A stretch of DNA of 63,503 nucleotides, filler included, from Sphacelaria rigidula (taxonomy: Eukaryota): the NCBI GenBank assembly GCA_964200075.2. It is 10 parts of 10 records of this genome, joined end to end, with 100 filler letters (N's around TTAATTAATTAA, not from the genome) between each part and the next. Parts side by side here need not be neighbours in the genome. Positions count along the whole stretch, not along the records: positions 31,805 to 38,064 come from CAXNAA020021173.1; positions 38,165 to 44,424 come from CAXNAA020021174.1; positions 44,525 to 50,784 come from CAXNAA020021175.1; 7 more parts are not named here. One strand, written 5' to 3'. The first letter of the stretch is position 1; every line of letters begins with the position of its first letter. Made by a program: the position numbers and the translations under genes. A model generated the notes under the pieces. It saw only the letters and a list, made by a program, of their open reading frames with translations. It was not told the origin of the DNA and searched no databases. Shown piece after piece: positions 36,767-49,634 of the stretch.

Positions 36767-37188
36767 CAGGCAGGGATACGTGACGCGTGACGTTTTTACG
36801 TGACACATTCAAAAACACGTAACTTTGGGTCATTTAACGCTACGTAAGATTTGATTTTTTGGAAGGGACATACGTAACGTATCGTGATGTAACGTGCGGT
36901 CCTTCGCATGAACCCTAACATTGCGTTTTACTTTCCAAATGTGACGAAATCTCTGCTTGTTTTCGTAAATATGTCACGTGTCACGTGTCACGTTAAAAAT
37001 TCACAAAAACAGCCTTTTTTTACATCTGGAAAACACCAAGAGATACTGCTTCAAGGTCCACATGTTACATCACGTTACGTTGCAATTGTCCCGTTCAAAA
37101 AATCAAACCTCACGTAGCGTTAAATGGCCCAAGTTACGTTTTTTCCGTTTTTTTCAAATGTATCACGTGTGTCACGTATCCCTCCCTG
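36767..37188. mobile_element. hAT-like MITE with long imperfect TIRs, 422 bp, intronic
   Basis: Ends CAGGCAGGGATACGTGAC / GTCACGTATCCCTCCCTG; about 135-bp inverted arms; 8-bp TSD CTTATTTC / CTTACTTC. Confidence 0.85.
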
Positions 37189-37364
37189 CTTACTTCCAAT
37201 GTCGTCTGTAGAGATCGATATGTTCAAGTGATTGGATAATCGTCTACGGACTGTGGTTGTGCAAATCTCGTACTCCATGTGGAATTCCAAGGTTAGTACC
37301 AGCAGATAGGTTGATTGTTCGCTTGAAACCAGGGAGTCGTGACGAAATATATATCGGTTTGGAA

Positions 37365-37490
37365 GGGGTGCTAATGACTCTGCATGCCGTTATCACAAGA
37401 CCATGGACGTTGCATATTCGTATAAAGCGAGGACGGAGCACGCCGGGTTTCCGCCAGACCAGGCTCGCAATCATCAAGCGCGCGCGGGAG
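37365..37490 (-). mobile_element. Diverged 3' module of poly-C-targeted element
   Basis: Minus strand reads gcgcttgatgattgcgagcctggtctggcggaaacccggcgtgctccgtcc...ggcatgcagagtcattagcacccc, next to a G-run on the + strand. Confidence 0.8.
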
Positions 37491-37560
37491 GGGGGGGGGG
37501 GGCTTAGAATATGACACTTCACATACATGAATCGAATGTGCAGGCTCTTCTGTCGAGGGG

Positions 37561-37619
37561 GGCGGGGCTTGCCTTAGTCATTTGATCATTGACCGCGCAT
37601 CCCTTTCGAGACAGAGTAG
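37561..37619 (-). mobile_element. 59-bp poly-C-targeted insertion with 15-bp TSD
   Basis: TCTTCTGTCGAGGGG at 37546-37560 and 37620-37634. Confidence 0.88.
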
Positions 37620-37665
37620 TCTTCTGTCGAGGGGATTCCCCCCAGCCTGGCTCTCCAAATCAACG

Positions 37666-37736
37666 TACTGTATTGTACTGTACTGTACTGTACTGTACTG
37701 TACTGTACTGTACTGTACTGTACTGTACTGTACTGT
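37666..37736. repeat. (TACTG)n microsatellite
   Basis: About 14 units. Confidence 0.95.
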
Positions 37737-37737
37737 A

Positions 37738-37953
37738 AGTGTATGATCGTGAAAGGACCCCGTGGTCGGAGGACCGCATGGGAGTTGGAACATCCCCATG
37801 GTTTGGTCTAGGGATAGGGTTAGCGTTGGGGTTATGGTCAAGGGCAGTGTACCTGCAGGGACTGGCCCAGTTGGTCTCGGAAAACATCCATCCTGAGGTG
37901 TTTCGTACTACGGGGCGGTCCCGTGAGTACGCGGTTTGCTCACGCACTACACT
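37738..37953. mobile_element. Diverged MITE with telomere-like core, same family as 55840-56050
   Basis: Shares agggatagggttag, cctgcagggactggccc and atcctgaggtgttt; ends are degenerate inverted repeats. Confidence 0.7.
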
Positions 37954-37957
37954 GTAC

Positions 37958-38064
37958 TGTGGTGTGGTGTGGTGTGGTGTGGTGTGACGTGGTGTGACGT
38001 GGTTTGGTGTGGTGTGTTGTGAAATGGTGTGGTGTGGTTTGGTGTGGTTTGGTGTGCTGTGCTG
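37958..38064. repeat. (GGTGT)n microsatellite
   Basis: Direct inspection. Confidence 0.92.
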
Positions 38065-38164
38065 NNNNNNNNNNNNNNNNNNNNNNNNNNNNNNNNNNNN
38101 NNNNNNNNTTAATTAATTAANNNNNNNNNNNNNNNNNNNNNNNNNNNNNNNNNNNNNNNNNNNN
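38065..38164. other. Artificial contig linker
   Basis: 44 N + TTAATTAATTAA + 44 N. Confidence 0.99.
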
Positions 38165-38899
38165 GTGTGGGCGCCATGTTTGGAGTTGGCGCGTAGACTC
38201 CCTTGCGCGCGATGTGCCGCATCACGTGCAGTGTAGAGGGCGATGACCTGGCACAGGTACGTTCTCCGTCGATCGGTGGCCCAGATAAGGTACGATTCAA
38301 AAAGAAATCCTAGATCAGGTATGCCTGGGCAAAATTTGGTCTGGAAGAAGTAAGCGGTTTCTGAAGGCAAGACATCCGTTTTCGCGTGGCCATATCTCTC
38401 GAGTGACATCTTTTTTTCCCGTTTTTTTCGAGGCCCGGGTGCCAATGCCCTCCCCGAATGATGTGCGTGAAACATTCGGAGCAAAAGCGGTCAAAGTGGC
38501 GTGTTTGGCTGTTCTCGCATTTCTATTCGTTCTTCGTACCTTTCTTGGGCATCAAACCAGAAGGTATACCTTTTCTAGGCCATTGCTCAAAACGTGATGC
38601 CACTTGAACCTCATTTTAGAGATTATCCCCAAAAATCAACATCTGCTGTTTGTCCCTGTGGTGTTGAATCGCCTCGCGGTTTACGTGTGTAGGTGGTGTA
38701 TCTGGCACCTGGTGCAGCACTGATGAATCTGTTTCCTTGGTGCCAAACATTTCTCTGATATACCCTGCTGTTGTAAGTTTGCTCCCGAAACTACACTGGT
38801 GTGATGTCTTGGGCTGCTGCTGCTGCTGCTGCTTGTAGACTTCTGTCACTCAAGATCAGATTTCCATGTGGATCCCTCCCATCACGGGCACATGGACTT

Positions 38900-39947
38900 C
38901 AGCAGCTTTAGTTATTCATATATTAACCCTCAGCATAGTACAGGAGAGCAGGACCATAGCCTCTCCCCACCACAGTGGCAAAATCAAGCCTACTCGTCAT
39001 GGAGGCCATCACAGAGTCCGGCAATCAGACCCGCAACTCCACCTCCAAATGTCCCTAGGTAACAATGGTGGCTAGAGTCTACAGCACCCCCAAAGCTCTC
39101 TACTATCAACAAGTAGTTACACCAGAGCTTGACAAACTCAGACATCATTGGGGCCTGAGAGTGCGGTCGTTTCCGCAAAGATTAGCAATCTCTTCCGCTG
39201 CTTTCGGCAATAGCTCCATACAAGCTAGCCCCACTTCCGAACAACTCGCAAGAGATCCCAAGAAAATATCGTCCATCATGAACATGCAATCACGCTACTT
39301 GCACCACTTCGAGTTACAAAGCGATAGCTAGCGCCAAATTCTCAAATCTTTGCCCAAAACAAGTTTCTTGACTCTTCATCGGCTCGAAACCGGAAATGTC
39401 AGCAAACGTCAAATTTCAGAGCATTCGTGACTCATCGTCCCTCTCATCCGAGACAAGGTACTTCTCAACATACAAAATGCGCTTTTTGTACGTTTAACAC
39501 CTGCGCAACGGAGTGCAACAGCCAAATGATACATCATCCTCATGCTAGAAGAAAATATGCACCCAACACGTCTAAAACGCACGTGGCCTCTTGCTTCTGC
39601 AACACCGTCAAAAACGTATGCAGTGCATGCCTCCCCGCCGTCAAAGCTTCAATGCTTGAACTTGTCATCGTTTCATTAAGACAATCAAAGGAAAGCCATG
39701 ACTCAAACAGCTCTTCAAGTCATGCATACTAATCCAACGACAGCGAACGGACCTCGACCTCCGCCATCATTGATCACCCCCCGTGATCTCGTTATTGAAC
39801 TCTTGTTTTCGAGCAAATCCCGGACATTTCTATATCTCGTTTGGATCTTGGGCCGTCATATCCCATCAGTGCATCAGGCAAAATGTAGAAATATTGATTT
39901 TCTCGATACTCTTGCAGTCCACCTGCACCAGTTCTTCGAACAAATGG

Positions 39948-39980
<33 letters not shown>

Positions 39981-41700
39981 ACTGCTGTTGCTGATGCGGC
40001 TGGTGCTGATGATGGTAATGATGGCGGCGAGGAAGATGATCGCGATTCTTCTGTCGTAAAGCTGTCGATCTTCTTGTCCCAAAAGGTGGGTCAGCGTTAG
40101 TTCCGCTACCCTTGTCGTAATCTCCACGCCTGCTAAAGTCGACTCGTTTATTTTTGTTCGTAAAATTTCGACCTCTGTTTACTGTCTGTGCTGCTGTGTG
40201 CAGTCACAGGCTTGACTCATCAAGATATATTTCTACTGTAATTTGTACGCTTTGTCTTTTTCCCTGGTGAAGCGCACGCTGCTGTCACTGTTCTGCCGGA
40301 AGCTGTCGAAGGTGGTTCGGCTATGTTGACTGCTCCTGTCGATTTGATATCCGGGGGAGGTACTGCTGCTGATAATGCTGTGCCTATCCCCATACATTCC
40401 CCGAGCACTACCTTCTTAGTCGTGAGTGCTGATCCGGTGTTGGTGTTGAGCTGCTGTGGGCCCAAATTATCTTCATGTTGATGAAGTGAAGCATAACCTT
40501 AATGTCGGTGCGGATGAGGCGTGAGAATTGTTCGAAGTCCGCCTGAGAGTTTATAGGGAACACGGATAAAATATTCTTTTTTTGTCAATGCTTTGACAGG
40601 GAAGAAAATATTCTTTTTTTGTCAATGCTTTGACAGGGAAGAAAACATATTTTCCCAGGTCCCGAACAATGATGGCTGGAAGACGGACGGAGTGCTGATT
40701 TTCCTGCTGATCGCAGGCAAGGACAACCCCTTTTCCTGTTCCGCTACGTAGATGGCAACCTGCTGTAAGAGTTATCATGGGAGTATCGAGTTTTACATAG
40801 TCAAACATCCTGTCTTCAATCTTGGGCAGTAGCTGATCGTCCAAGTAATAATGGTGGCTGGCCCCGGAATCACAACCATCTTGAATGGTATAGAAACCTG
40901 CGTCCGAGTGTTGTCCTTGCCTGCAGGATCAGCAAAAAAGGTACAGCCTATGCCACTTGGGGGCGAGCATGCGTCAGTCACTGTTGAAGCTGCCGATCCG
41001 CTAGTTTTTTTACTTGGATGTTGGATGGTACAGTCAACAGTGTTTTCGTGAAATTAAGAGTAGAGGATACGATTGAGAGTGAACAGCGGTCAAATATTGA
41101 ACGAGTCGTTTAGTTTCGAACTGCCCTTCCACGACGCCGGATACGCTTTCTGTAGTAGCTTGCCACTGAGGCTCTTGAATTTCTGAGGAGGGTATCGACG
41201 AGTAGCTGTGAGCTCACGCAAGTGATAAAGGCAAAAAAAGCAAACACGGAATGGAAAATTGGCTACGTGAAAGCGAGTGATCAAAGCCACTCTCAATCAG
41301 CGCTCTACTCTCAATATCACGAAAACGTTGCTAGTCGTAGATGCAGGATCCAACGTGACCGTGATTTCATGGCGTTGATGTCCGTCAAAGTTGTTGTTGT
41401 CTCTATTATCATCGTTGCTGTTGTTGTCGTCGTTATTGTTGATCTTATTGATGTTGTTATTGCTATTGTTGTCGCGGTTGTAGTTGTTGCGTTGCCTATA
41501 GTACTCGGAATCGTCATGTTCATCAGTGCGGTTTGTTGGAAGATATATGGCTATCGTGGCTTGTGTATAAAACACACAGTGTTCAACTGTCAACCTGACA
41601 GGAACAATTGGTTCAACTATTGAACCCAGCTCTATCGAGAGAGCTCGCAGAGGGTGCACAGGGTTGGTTAGACATCTGCTTGTGCGATGAGAGAACATGA
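38900..41700 (-). mobile_element. Heavily decayed Ty1/Copia internal region
   Basis: Frameshifted protease MV-DSGASHHYYLDDQLLPKIEDRMFDY...GTGKG at about 40880-40730; RT-like MDDIFLG at about 39275-39255 downstream. Boundaries approximate. Confidence 0.6.
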
Positions 41701-42428
41701 TTGAACTTGCCGCTTCACCTGGGCATTACTCAAATTAAACAAATCAGTCTCTACGCTTAGAACACTGATAACAAACTGGTAGGCTTACTCGAGGTGGATC
41801 GCTTTGGAGAGTAAATAGCGTGGGCCTTTTTCGCTTTGTCGAGAAAACTCTTGAACACTATAAAACTGTTTGTACGAACTGTTGATACCTTAGACGCTTG
41901 GCACTCGACCCTTCAATATTCTGACAATATACTGACTGTCTGTATACGAGCTATACAGTTCATGGGCTGTCCATTATTCTACGACGAATATCTCACTACT
42001 TCGGTTATTCCTACGATCTTTGTTCTAACGATGAACCGTCAGTGGTTTTACCGCTAATTCGAGTATGTATATTCGGAACTGTTATTTCTCGAATTTCCAA
42101 CACGCCCTTCGAAATGACATTTCCAATATATATTTTAAAAAAAACGATCACGCTCATTCTTATCCAACGTGTATACCGTACTCAACTTGTACTTAACTGT
42201 ACGCTACTGTACGCTACTGTAAGCTACTGTACGCTACTGTACTCTCCCGTGCCTTACTGTACTTTACTGTACCTCACTGTACCTTACTGTACTTTATCCA
42301 TATCGTCCTCCATAAAAAAATATCGAATACGCGTATCTACTCCGTTGATGTGGTCGAAGTTACTGTCCTCTGTTCTTGCTCCTCACTCGATCGTTGTTAC
42401 ACTACACCGTCGTTGATCATGTTTTTTC

Positions 42429-44424
42429 TGTTGGAATAATTCGTGGTCGTGGCACTGTCCTTACGACAGGCCAACTACTGTTCAGCGAACAGTAGTATGC
42501 AGAGGTTGCACCGTGGTTGATTAGACCACTTGCTTCCGCAGCTTCAGAATAAAATCAGTGAGACAAATGGTTGATTGGGCGCTTTTTAGGCCAAGAAAAG
42601 CAGAACTCGCAGTTTCCTCTCAAAGCGGAGAACTGATGGTAGTGAAGGAGAGTGACTGTAGAGGACGGTGACGACCACCGACTACAATTGCTCAATCCTT
42701 GGAACAAAAAAACAAAGCTCTACACGTACGTAGACTGAAACTCGTCCTTGACTCTGACGTGCTGGTTTGCCAGCTCACAGACTGGATTCTTACTCAAGCT
42801 ACTACACTCTCAACCAATGGCAGTACACTGTCGTACCCTACGAGCTTACGTGGCGAGACCAACAAGATATCTAACTCAAGGATCCATATGAAAAGGTACT
42901 TGTACCCGGGAACCCGTGTCACTCGAACCGTAACCTATTGTCTCGCTAAAATGCTACGAGTAAAAACTCACACAAAGTAAACAGCTAGGCTGTTGGTAGT
43001 ATAAATTTTCAACACCCCCCCTTGAGTTGTACGTCGCTTAGCAAATCAAATTTCAATCAAATCGTGAACTAGACAAATGAACAAAGAGTACCACAGCACA
43101 CAGTAGTGATGTGTATAAAATCAGCTACAAGGTACGCTGTACTGATGGGTAAAACTCTGCTCCAATCAAACCAAAAAATCATCCAAGATACGCCGAGCTG
43201 ATATGTAGAAATCAGTCTATTTATTATGCGTACAGGTGTATACGTTTACTTCAAGAAATGTTTTCACTGGTGGAATTTCATCCCTAGACATGAGTACTCG
43301 GGCTATTTGCATAACATCACAATGTTGGTGCCTGCTATAAATTAAAAGGTTTTCCCGCAACATACAGCACTTCACATGGCATGCAAATATCGAAGCACAT
43401 GTAATCTGGTACTCAACAACCTTTAATCCAGAGATAGTACTCATGTTGTGAACAGTGCGCACTCATGGTTCAAAAACGATTGATAAATCTAAATCTCTTG
43501 TCTCACGTAGACAGTCTCGTAGGGAGCGGTGTCAACTGCGTATCCTGCTGTAGTTGATGCTCGACTGAAAGCATATTGCCCTAGTGCGCAAACATAAGCT
43601 TCTGTACACAGGTTGGTAAACTACTTGAGTATACACGGTGTACTCATGACACACAGTTTTCAAATAAATCAAGATCCTGCACGCAGTCCTGTGATTCCGT
43701 ACTGTACGCAAGTCAATACATATATCCTATACGCAAGTCAGTACATGCATTATAATATACGAATCAAGTACGTATAGTGTTATATTGCCCTGCTACCGAT
43801 CAACCATTTCGTTTTTTGGCTAACAATGTGTGGTGTTGTAGTGGCGTTCGTTGATCTTTTTCGGTCCGTTCTGGGCGGCGTCGTGGTATAGCTGCTCCCC
43901 TTATGCCGTGCCCTCACTCGGTCGTAGTTGCTGCAGTATGTAGTGGTGGTGTGAAATCCTGAAGGGTGAAGCGCGTCGACCTAATCGCACGAAGTGTTCC
44001 GTTTCAAATGAAACACCGGAAGTTCACTTGACGCGACTATGCCGTCGAATTTCCTGATGCTCCTGATGAGCTGTGCAACAGACGGCTCTCCTTGATTATT
44101 CATCTTGTTACAGTATGTGTGAGAATATATCACACCTAAAACCTTGATCAAATAAGAAATATGATGATAGGACTCTTCTCACGTTTTAGCTGCCGTGACG
44201 ACGTTGATGGGAAGTCCCCTCGCTGGTGCTGACCGACGTAGTCCCGAAGCGAAGGCTGATGACCTGAAGACCTACGTGGTCGCGAATCGAGGCTCATAAC
44301 CTGTTGGAATAATTCGTGGTCGTAGCACTGTCCTTACGACAGGCCAACTACTGTTCAGCGAACAGTAGTATGCAGAGGTTGCACCGTGGTTGATTAGACC
44401 ACTTGCTTCCGCAGCTTCAGAATA
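42429..44424 (-). mobile_element. Young non-autonomous Copia-type LTR element (586-bp LTR, 1,287-bp non-coding interior); 5' LTR cut by contig end
   Basis: LTR 42429-43014 has TGTTG...CAACA ends; the second LTR 44302-44424 differs at 1 of 123 nt; minus-strand PBS GGTTATGAGCC abuts the 5' LTR; PPT AAGGGGGGG abuts the 3' LTR. Confidence 0.92.
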
Positions 44425-44524
44425 NNNNNNNNNNNNNNNNNNNNNNNNNNNNNNNNNNNNNNNNNNNNTTAATTAATTAANNNNNNNNNNNNNNNNNNNN
44501 NNNNNNNNNNNNNNNNNNNNNNNN
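44425..44524. other. Artificial contig linker
   Basis: 44 N + TTAATTAATTAA + 44 N. Confidence 0.99.
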
Positions 44525-44589
44525 CGACGATCTGACTCGAAATCTCGAGCAACAAATGGCCCAAAATACCCCCCCCCCTATCGTAGGAT

Positions 44590-45115
44590 GACTCATTACA
44601 GACGAATACCGCGCATTTTTTAACATCCGCTGTCCCTCTCCATTTCCTAGCGTATTCTAGCGTCTTGCCTATCTGTGTCTGCAATCCTTCTGGTGTTTCT
44701 GAAATCCCCACAGAATCATCCGCGAACATCAGACCTGATACCATATCGTTACCAGCCTTGCTCTGCTGCTTCTATTGCTATTATCAAGTCATTAATTAAT
44801 ACCTTAAACAAAGGCGGTGATAACGTACATCCTTGTGCAACTCCTTGTAAGATATCAAAGTATTTCGATATTCCCCCGTCTAGCATCATGGCACTTTTGG
44901 CACATTCTGTCGTCTTTTTCACCATTCTCCACATCTTTCCTCTGATTCCAGCCTCCCACAACTTTTTCCACAGCCCATTTCTCCACACTGTGTCATAAGC
45001 GTTTTACACGTCCAGAAAAAAACAGTACGTTGTCAACCCGGCGCCTTCCCTACTTCGAATAATCTACCTGGTGTGTGTACACATTATCTACGCAACTACG
45101 GTTTGGTCTGAAACC
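44590..45115 (-). pseudogene. Non-LTR (LINE) reverse transcriptase fragment
   Basis: FLDV*NAYDTVWRNGLWKKL, GVAQGCTLSPPLF, LMFADD, LEYARKWR...KKC; stops and frameshifts. Confidence 0.93.
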
Positions 45116-45139
45116 TGGGTGGGGAGGGGGGCGAGAACT

Positions 45140-48100
45140 ACTTGTTACTGGTAGGATTGGCTACCTGTCCTCGTCCCGGTAGCTGAATACCGCGTTTCCA
45201 CGCTTGGCTTGTGCCTTTTGTTGCGAAGTCTCTTCTCCGCGGAAAACGTACAGTCTCCGAGTGGCGTGCCACAACCGTTGTACCCCCCGAAATTCTTGGT
45301 TGCTGGTCTACTTGAGCCACGAAAGTCGTCATGATGTGACGCTGTCTCAGGATCTACAGTGCCAACTCCCTTCGCGACGGCTGCTGTAAATTCTTTCAAC
45401 GTGTCGACGTACGGCATGTGACGGTCCTGCGCCGCAAGGCCCTCCTCGGTCATTTGTGTCAAGGTCGACTGAATTGTTGCTCCCTCCGCGATCATCTTCC
45501 ACCGACCCTCGCTTGGCGGCATGGGATCCATCTCGACACGAATCTCTAACTCATCTGAATTCAGCCTCCCGTGTCTGGAGGCTACTGACCACTTTGGTCT
45601 GAGTTCGAAGGACCACTCAATCATCGGTTTCCGCCCCTGCTCTGATCGCCAGTTGTTGTGGAGAATACCCACGTGGAACTTGAACGCGCGGTTTAGGCAC
45701 ACCGCCAGCTGAAAGCTCCGGCAACAAAGGTCAAGAGCCTGTCGCGTGCAGCACGAGCAAATGTGGCTGCCACCCTTATTGGCGAGGGTGACGTAACGCA
45801 TATCGACACCACCTCGGTTCTCAAGTATGCAGGCCACAGGCTCAATATCGACAGCCATGTCCCTTAGGTAGCCAGACCTGCCTAATGCCTTTTCCCGGGT
45901 GGTGTCATCCACCAAGCAGTTGTCTGGGGCGCGTCGGCAAAGCAATGTAGTGTCCATCCCTTCCTGCATATACTTGAATAGCCACTTTCCAAGCCCGAAC
46001 TGCTGAGGCTTGGCGAGCTCGTCCCCGAATAAAATCATGAAGGTTCGCGGCGCAGACATCGAAGGAATGTGCAACTGGGCGTTGCGCAGAGCGCTGCGGT
46101 CGACCTGTTCTACGATAGCACCCTCCAAAAAGCGGAACGCGTAAACCAAGGAGGTCCTAGCGTTACAGAACCGCCGAACCTGCGAGTTAATACCTGCTGC
46201 GCTGTAAAATCAGCACATGTGTCGGTTGTAACATGGGGCGGGTACAATTAGTATCGTCCATCAGCCCGTGATACTGTGGAGATTTCCATATTAGAAGGCG
46301 AAATATACAAAACTCTTCAAGTCACTAGAAGTTGGATACCATGAAAAAATTGCCGTCAACGGTGTATCGTTCGACTAGCCTATGGGCGCGCCCTACGAGA
46401 CAAAGCGGTCACATCACGCTAGCGCAATATTGTGAGGCAGAAGGCGCACGTGAAGCACGCGATATGGTCACCTTTCACTCTGATCGTCGTCCATGACGGC
46501 ACGTAGAAGGTCAGCTGGGAGAACGCCACCGCCCAGCGCTCGCGATACTTGCACTGCAGTATCGGGTACTGCTCAACCTTCCGCAAAGCCGTCGTTAATT
46601 TCGTGAAGTCCGCCTCTAATTCGGACTTGGTGACTCGGTCGCGGATCTTGTGGAACATGTCCTGGCCGGCCTGTTTCGAGTTGAGCATGAAGGGTTCGTG
46701 TAAAGGGACCTGGCCCAACGGTTTTCATAAAAATACACCGTGTAGAAGAAGTGGCTGCACGCGAGGGCATGATCAACACCTCGGAAATTCCTGGCATAAC
46801 TTGCGATCAGAATCAGTCTTATCAACCAAATAATACTACGGATCGTGACATAGAAACGTGACAATATTGCGAATCGTGATATCTGTACCGAACTGTGTCA
46901 TCGTCTAATCTCGACCGATTCGTCAAAAAATGAGTGACGCTGATGACGAAAAACAGGATGTTTTTCTTGAAAACGGGACATTGTGCCAATTTCAAAATGT
47001 GACAAACCGTGGTTTCTGCGTTCCTCGGGAACGACCCTTGAAGGGAAGAATAGCTGGCAAGTCGAAAGAGAGAACCCCACGTGTCGAAAGAATACAACTA
47101 TACTGCGGGAATGCAACACGACCATTTCGCACGCGTGGCGAGCAGAAGTGGGGCAAAGCATAATAGCAGACGCAAGCCCCACGGGCACGTAAGCATGCCG
47201 ATGTCAACCCCGGACAACCATACCTCTTCCCGCTCAGTTGCGTTCTGTGTATTGAAGAGAGTTTAGGCCGTGTTCTGTGATTCTCCGTCTAGAAATCAAC
47301 AGGGTAAAAGAGACGAATCACCAGAACAGTTCGTAAAATCAGCGAAGAAATACTTTCGTGGATTATTGCACGACGACATATGGCCGGCTCTGCATAAAAT
47401 AAGTCATTTACATACTGGGGTCACCACCTAGCTTCTCCGTATTCCCCTCGGAAAACGTTACGCTCGATACGCACGCGCAAGCTACGCTATTATCGGGCGC
47501 AATACAACCTTACCATGTTCGCTCCCTCTGTATGTAGCTCACAGAAAAACTACTTTCCAACATCCCGCTGAGATTCTTCTTGATGTTCTGCCCTAGATGC
47601 CACATACACCGCCCCTTTGTCGCCAAGGAGGAAATCTGCCGAGCTGCCTCAGTCATGGCGATATCAGCGTCTTGGATGAAGGCCTCTGGCAACGCTCCCC
47701 TTGCCTCTTTAAATGTCTCCAGCATCCATTCGAACGTTTCCCGCGTGGTGTCGGCAGTGATCGCCTGAAAGCCGATGCACGGTTAGTACTCTCCATCGAC
47801 GACAAGTCCAAGGCCGAGCGGAAGATGATGCCGGTTCTTCACGGCGATGTCGTTGTAATGGAGCACCGTGCCATACTTTGCAGCGAGCGCAACATATACG
47901 TATGGTGCTTGCGCGCGCCGTCGGGCGGGGTGAGAGGCAAGTGGCCAGCAAACAGTCCAGTTAGACCGGGAGTGGAGTATCGCGTGCATTACACGGATAG
48001 GATATCAAAACTACACAACTAACCCTTGGCACACAACTTCTGGCCCACCTGCCCTGGCGTCATCCAAAGCACGTGCGGAAACCGTCCGCTGCTGGCAACT

Positions 48101-49135
48101 TTGACCTTGCTGACGTCACAATCCTGCGTGGATTCCATGACCTGGAGGGAAGACTTGGCAATTCCGATATCATGGGAGTTGCGCCGTGAGATCAGGCGGG
48201 GATTCTTACTACGCACGAGTATCGCGCCGGGTAACTCCACACTGACACCAGGTGAATGCAACCCCTCATGCCACAGCTCTTGCGCCCAAAAGATGAATCG
48301 TATATATTGTCGGAGTCACCCACCACCCACGTCCCGGTGTCCGGGAGCCCTACTGTTTTTGTCGGTAACGGGAGGGTCGCGAATTGTCTCGTTGGGGGGC
48401 CGTCACCGCCATGTTCGACACCTATTGTGTTACATCTCTCGTAAAAGTCATCGTTTAGCACCACGGAGTACACTGACAAGTGTACCACAGTGCTACGTTA
48501 AACGAATGTAATCGTGCGAACCTCAAGTTTCGGACCGTATCATGCTGGGGAACAAATCGAAAAATTGCGGACACCAGTACCACATACGACCCCGTGCGTT
48601 CTCCAGCAGGTCCTCTGCGTCGTATAGGCATTCCCCGTCATGGCGATGGGATGCAGTGTTCTGGATGGTCTGAGTGTTGACTCGACGCTCGTGCAGTACT
48701 TCTAGCACCCTTGCTTGCATCGTCGCGGAAGTCCCGCATATGTCAGGAGGGTGCAATACGCGATTTATGGTGTTGAGCTCAGGTATATTGTGACGCAGAG
48801 CACCGCCAACATTTCACGGGAATACCACCTCTCATTTCCGCACTTGAACTGTTCCATGCAAGCAACAGTGTCGGCGACAAGGAGGAGTAGAGTATTAACC
48901 AATACGGAGGCCCCTACCGTATGAGGAAAACCACTACAAACCACCCGCCTGTGAGGTGCCTCAGCCTTCATTGGTGATGGCAGAGGTGCCTTCAACTGCT
49001 CATGAAGGTCCATCGGCACTTTGTCCATATCGTGCCGGTGCTTCAAGTGCACCGTCGTCAACTAGGGATGCTTATTCACCGGACACTTAAGAGGTTATGG
49101 GGCGGTAATCGCAGGGGCAACCGGTGGACATATAG
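45140..49135 (-). pseudogene. Intron-containing MULE/FAR1-type transposase relic (FAR1-like, DDE and SWIM domains)
   Basis: KCPVNK..TTVHLKHRH (FAR1-like HxH); YNDIAVKNRHHLPLGLGLVVDGEY*...FEWMLETF...FIQDADIAM...CMWH; RERWAVAF...WTTIRV; SWIM HICSCCTRQALDLCCR. In-frame stop at 47783-47785. Confidence 0.92.
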
Positions 49136-49634
49136 ATAATATTGTTCGTACAGTTAATGTTGAACTACTTATTCATCATCGTGTCACTGACATCAAATGC
49201 CCCTACATCAATCTTAAGTAACTCTCATCAAACCAAGGCGGCGAACAGATGCGTGTTTTTGTACTCTTTTAATACCAACGCGTGAAATCTGCTTCATGTG
49301 CAGCAGTACATCCGTACACGCAGCAGTACATCCGTACACGTAGACAAGCAAGAAACACACACGGCCCGACAAAATCCCATTTTTTCACCTCACAACAACA
49401 GAAAAAAGATACAACCACACGATAGCGTACCCACGAAGTATCACTCTACGTTGAAGTCGCAGCCTGTATTTTGGCTGGAGCAGTTGCGTCGCACCGCGTG
49501 ATGAGCTGAGGTGCGAGCCAGGACACCAAATAAATACGATACTTTATTCGCTATTGTTTCGCTCAATATCAACGCTGCTCGGGTAAACACGACTGCCATT
49601 ATTTTTTAACGAGCGATTGCGGGATTTGTATTTA

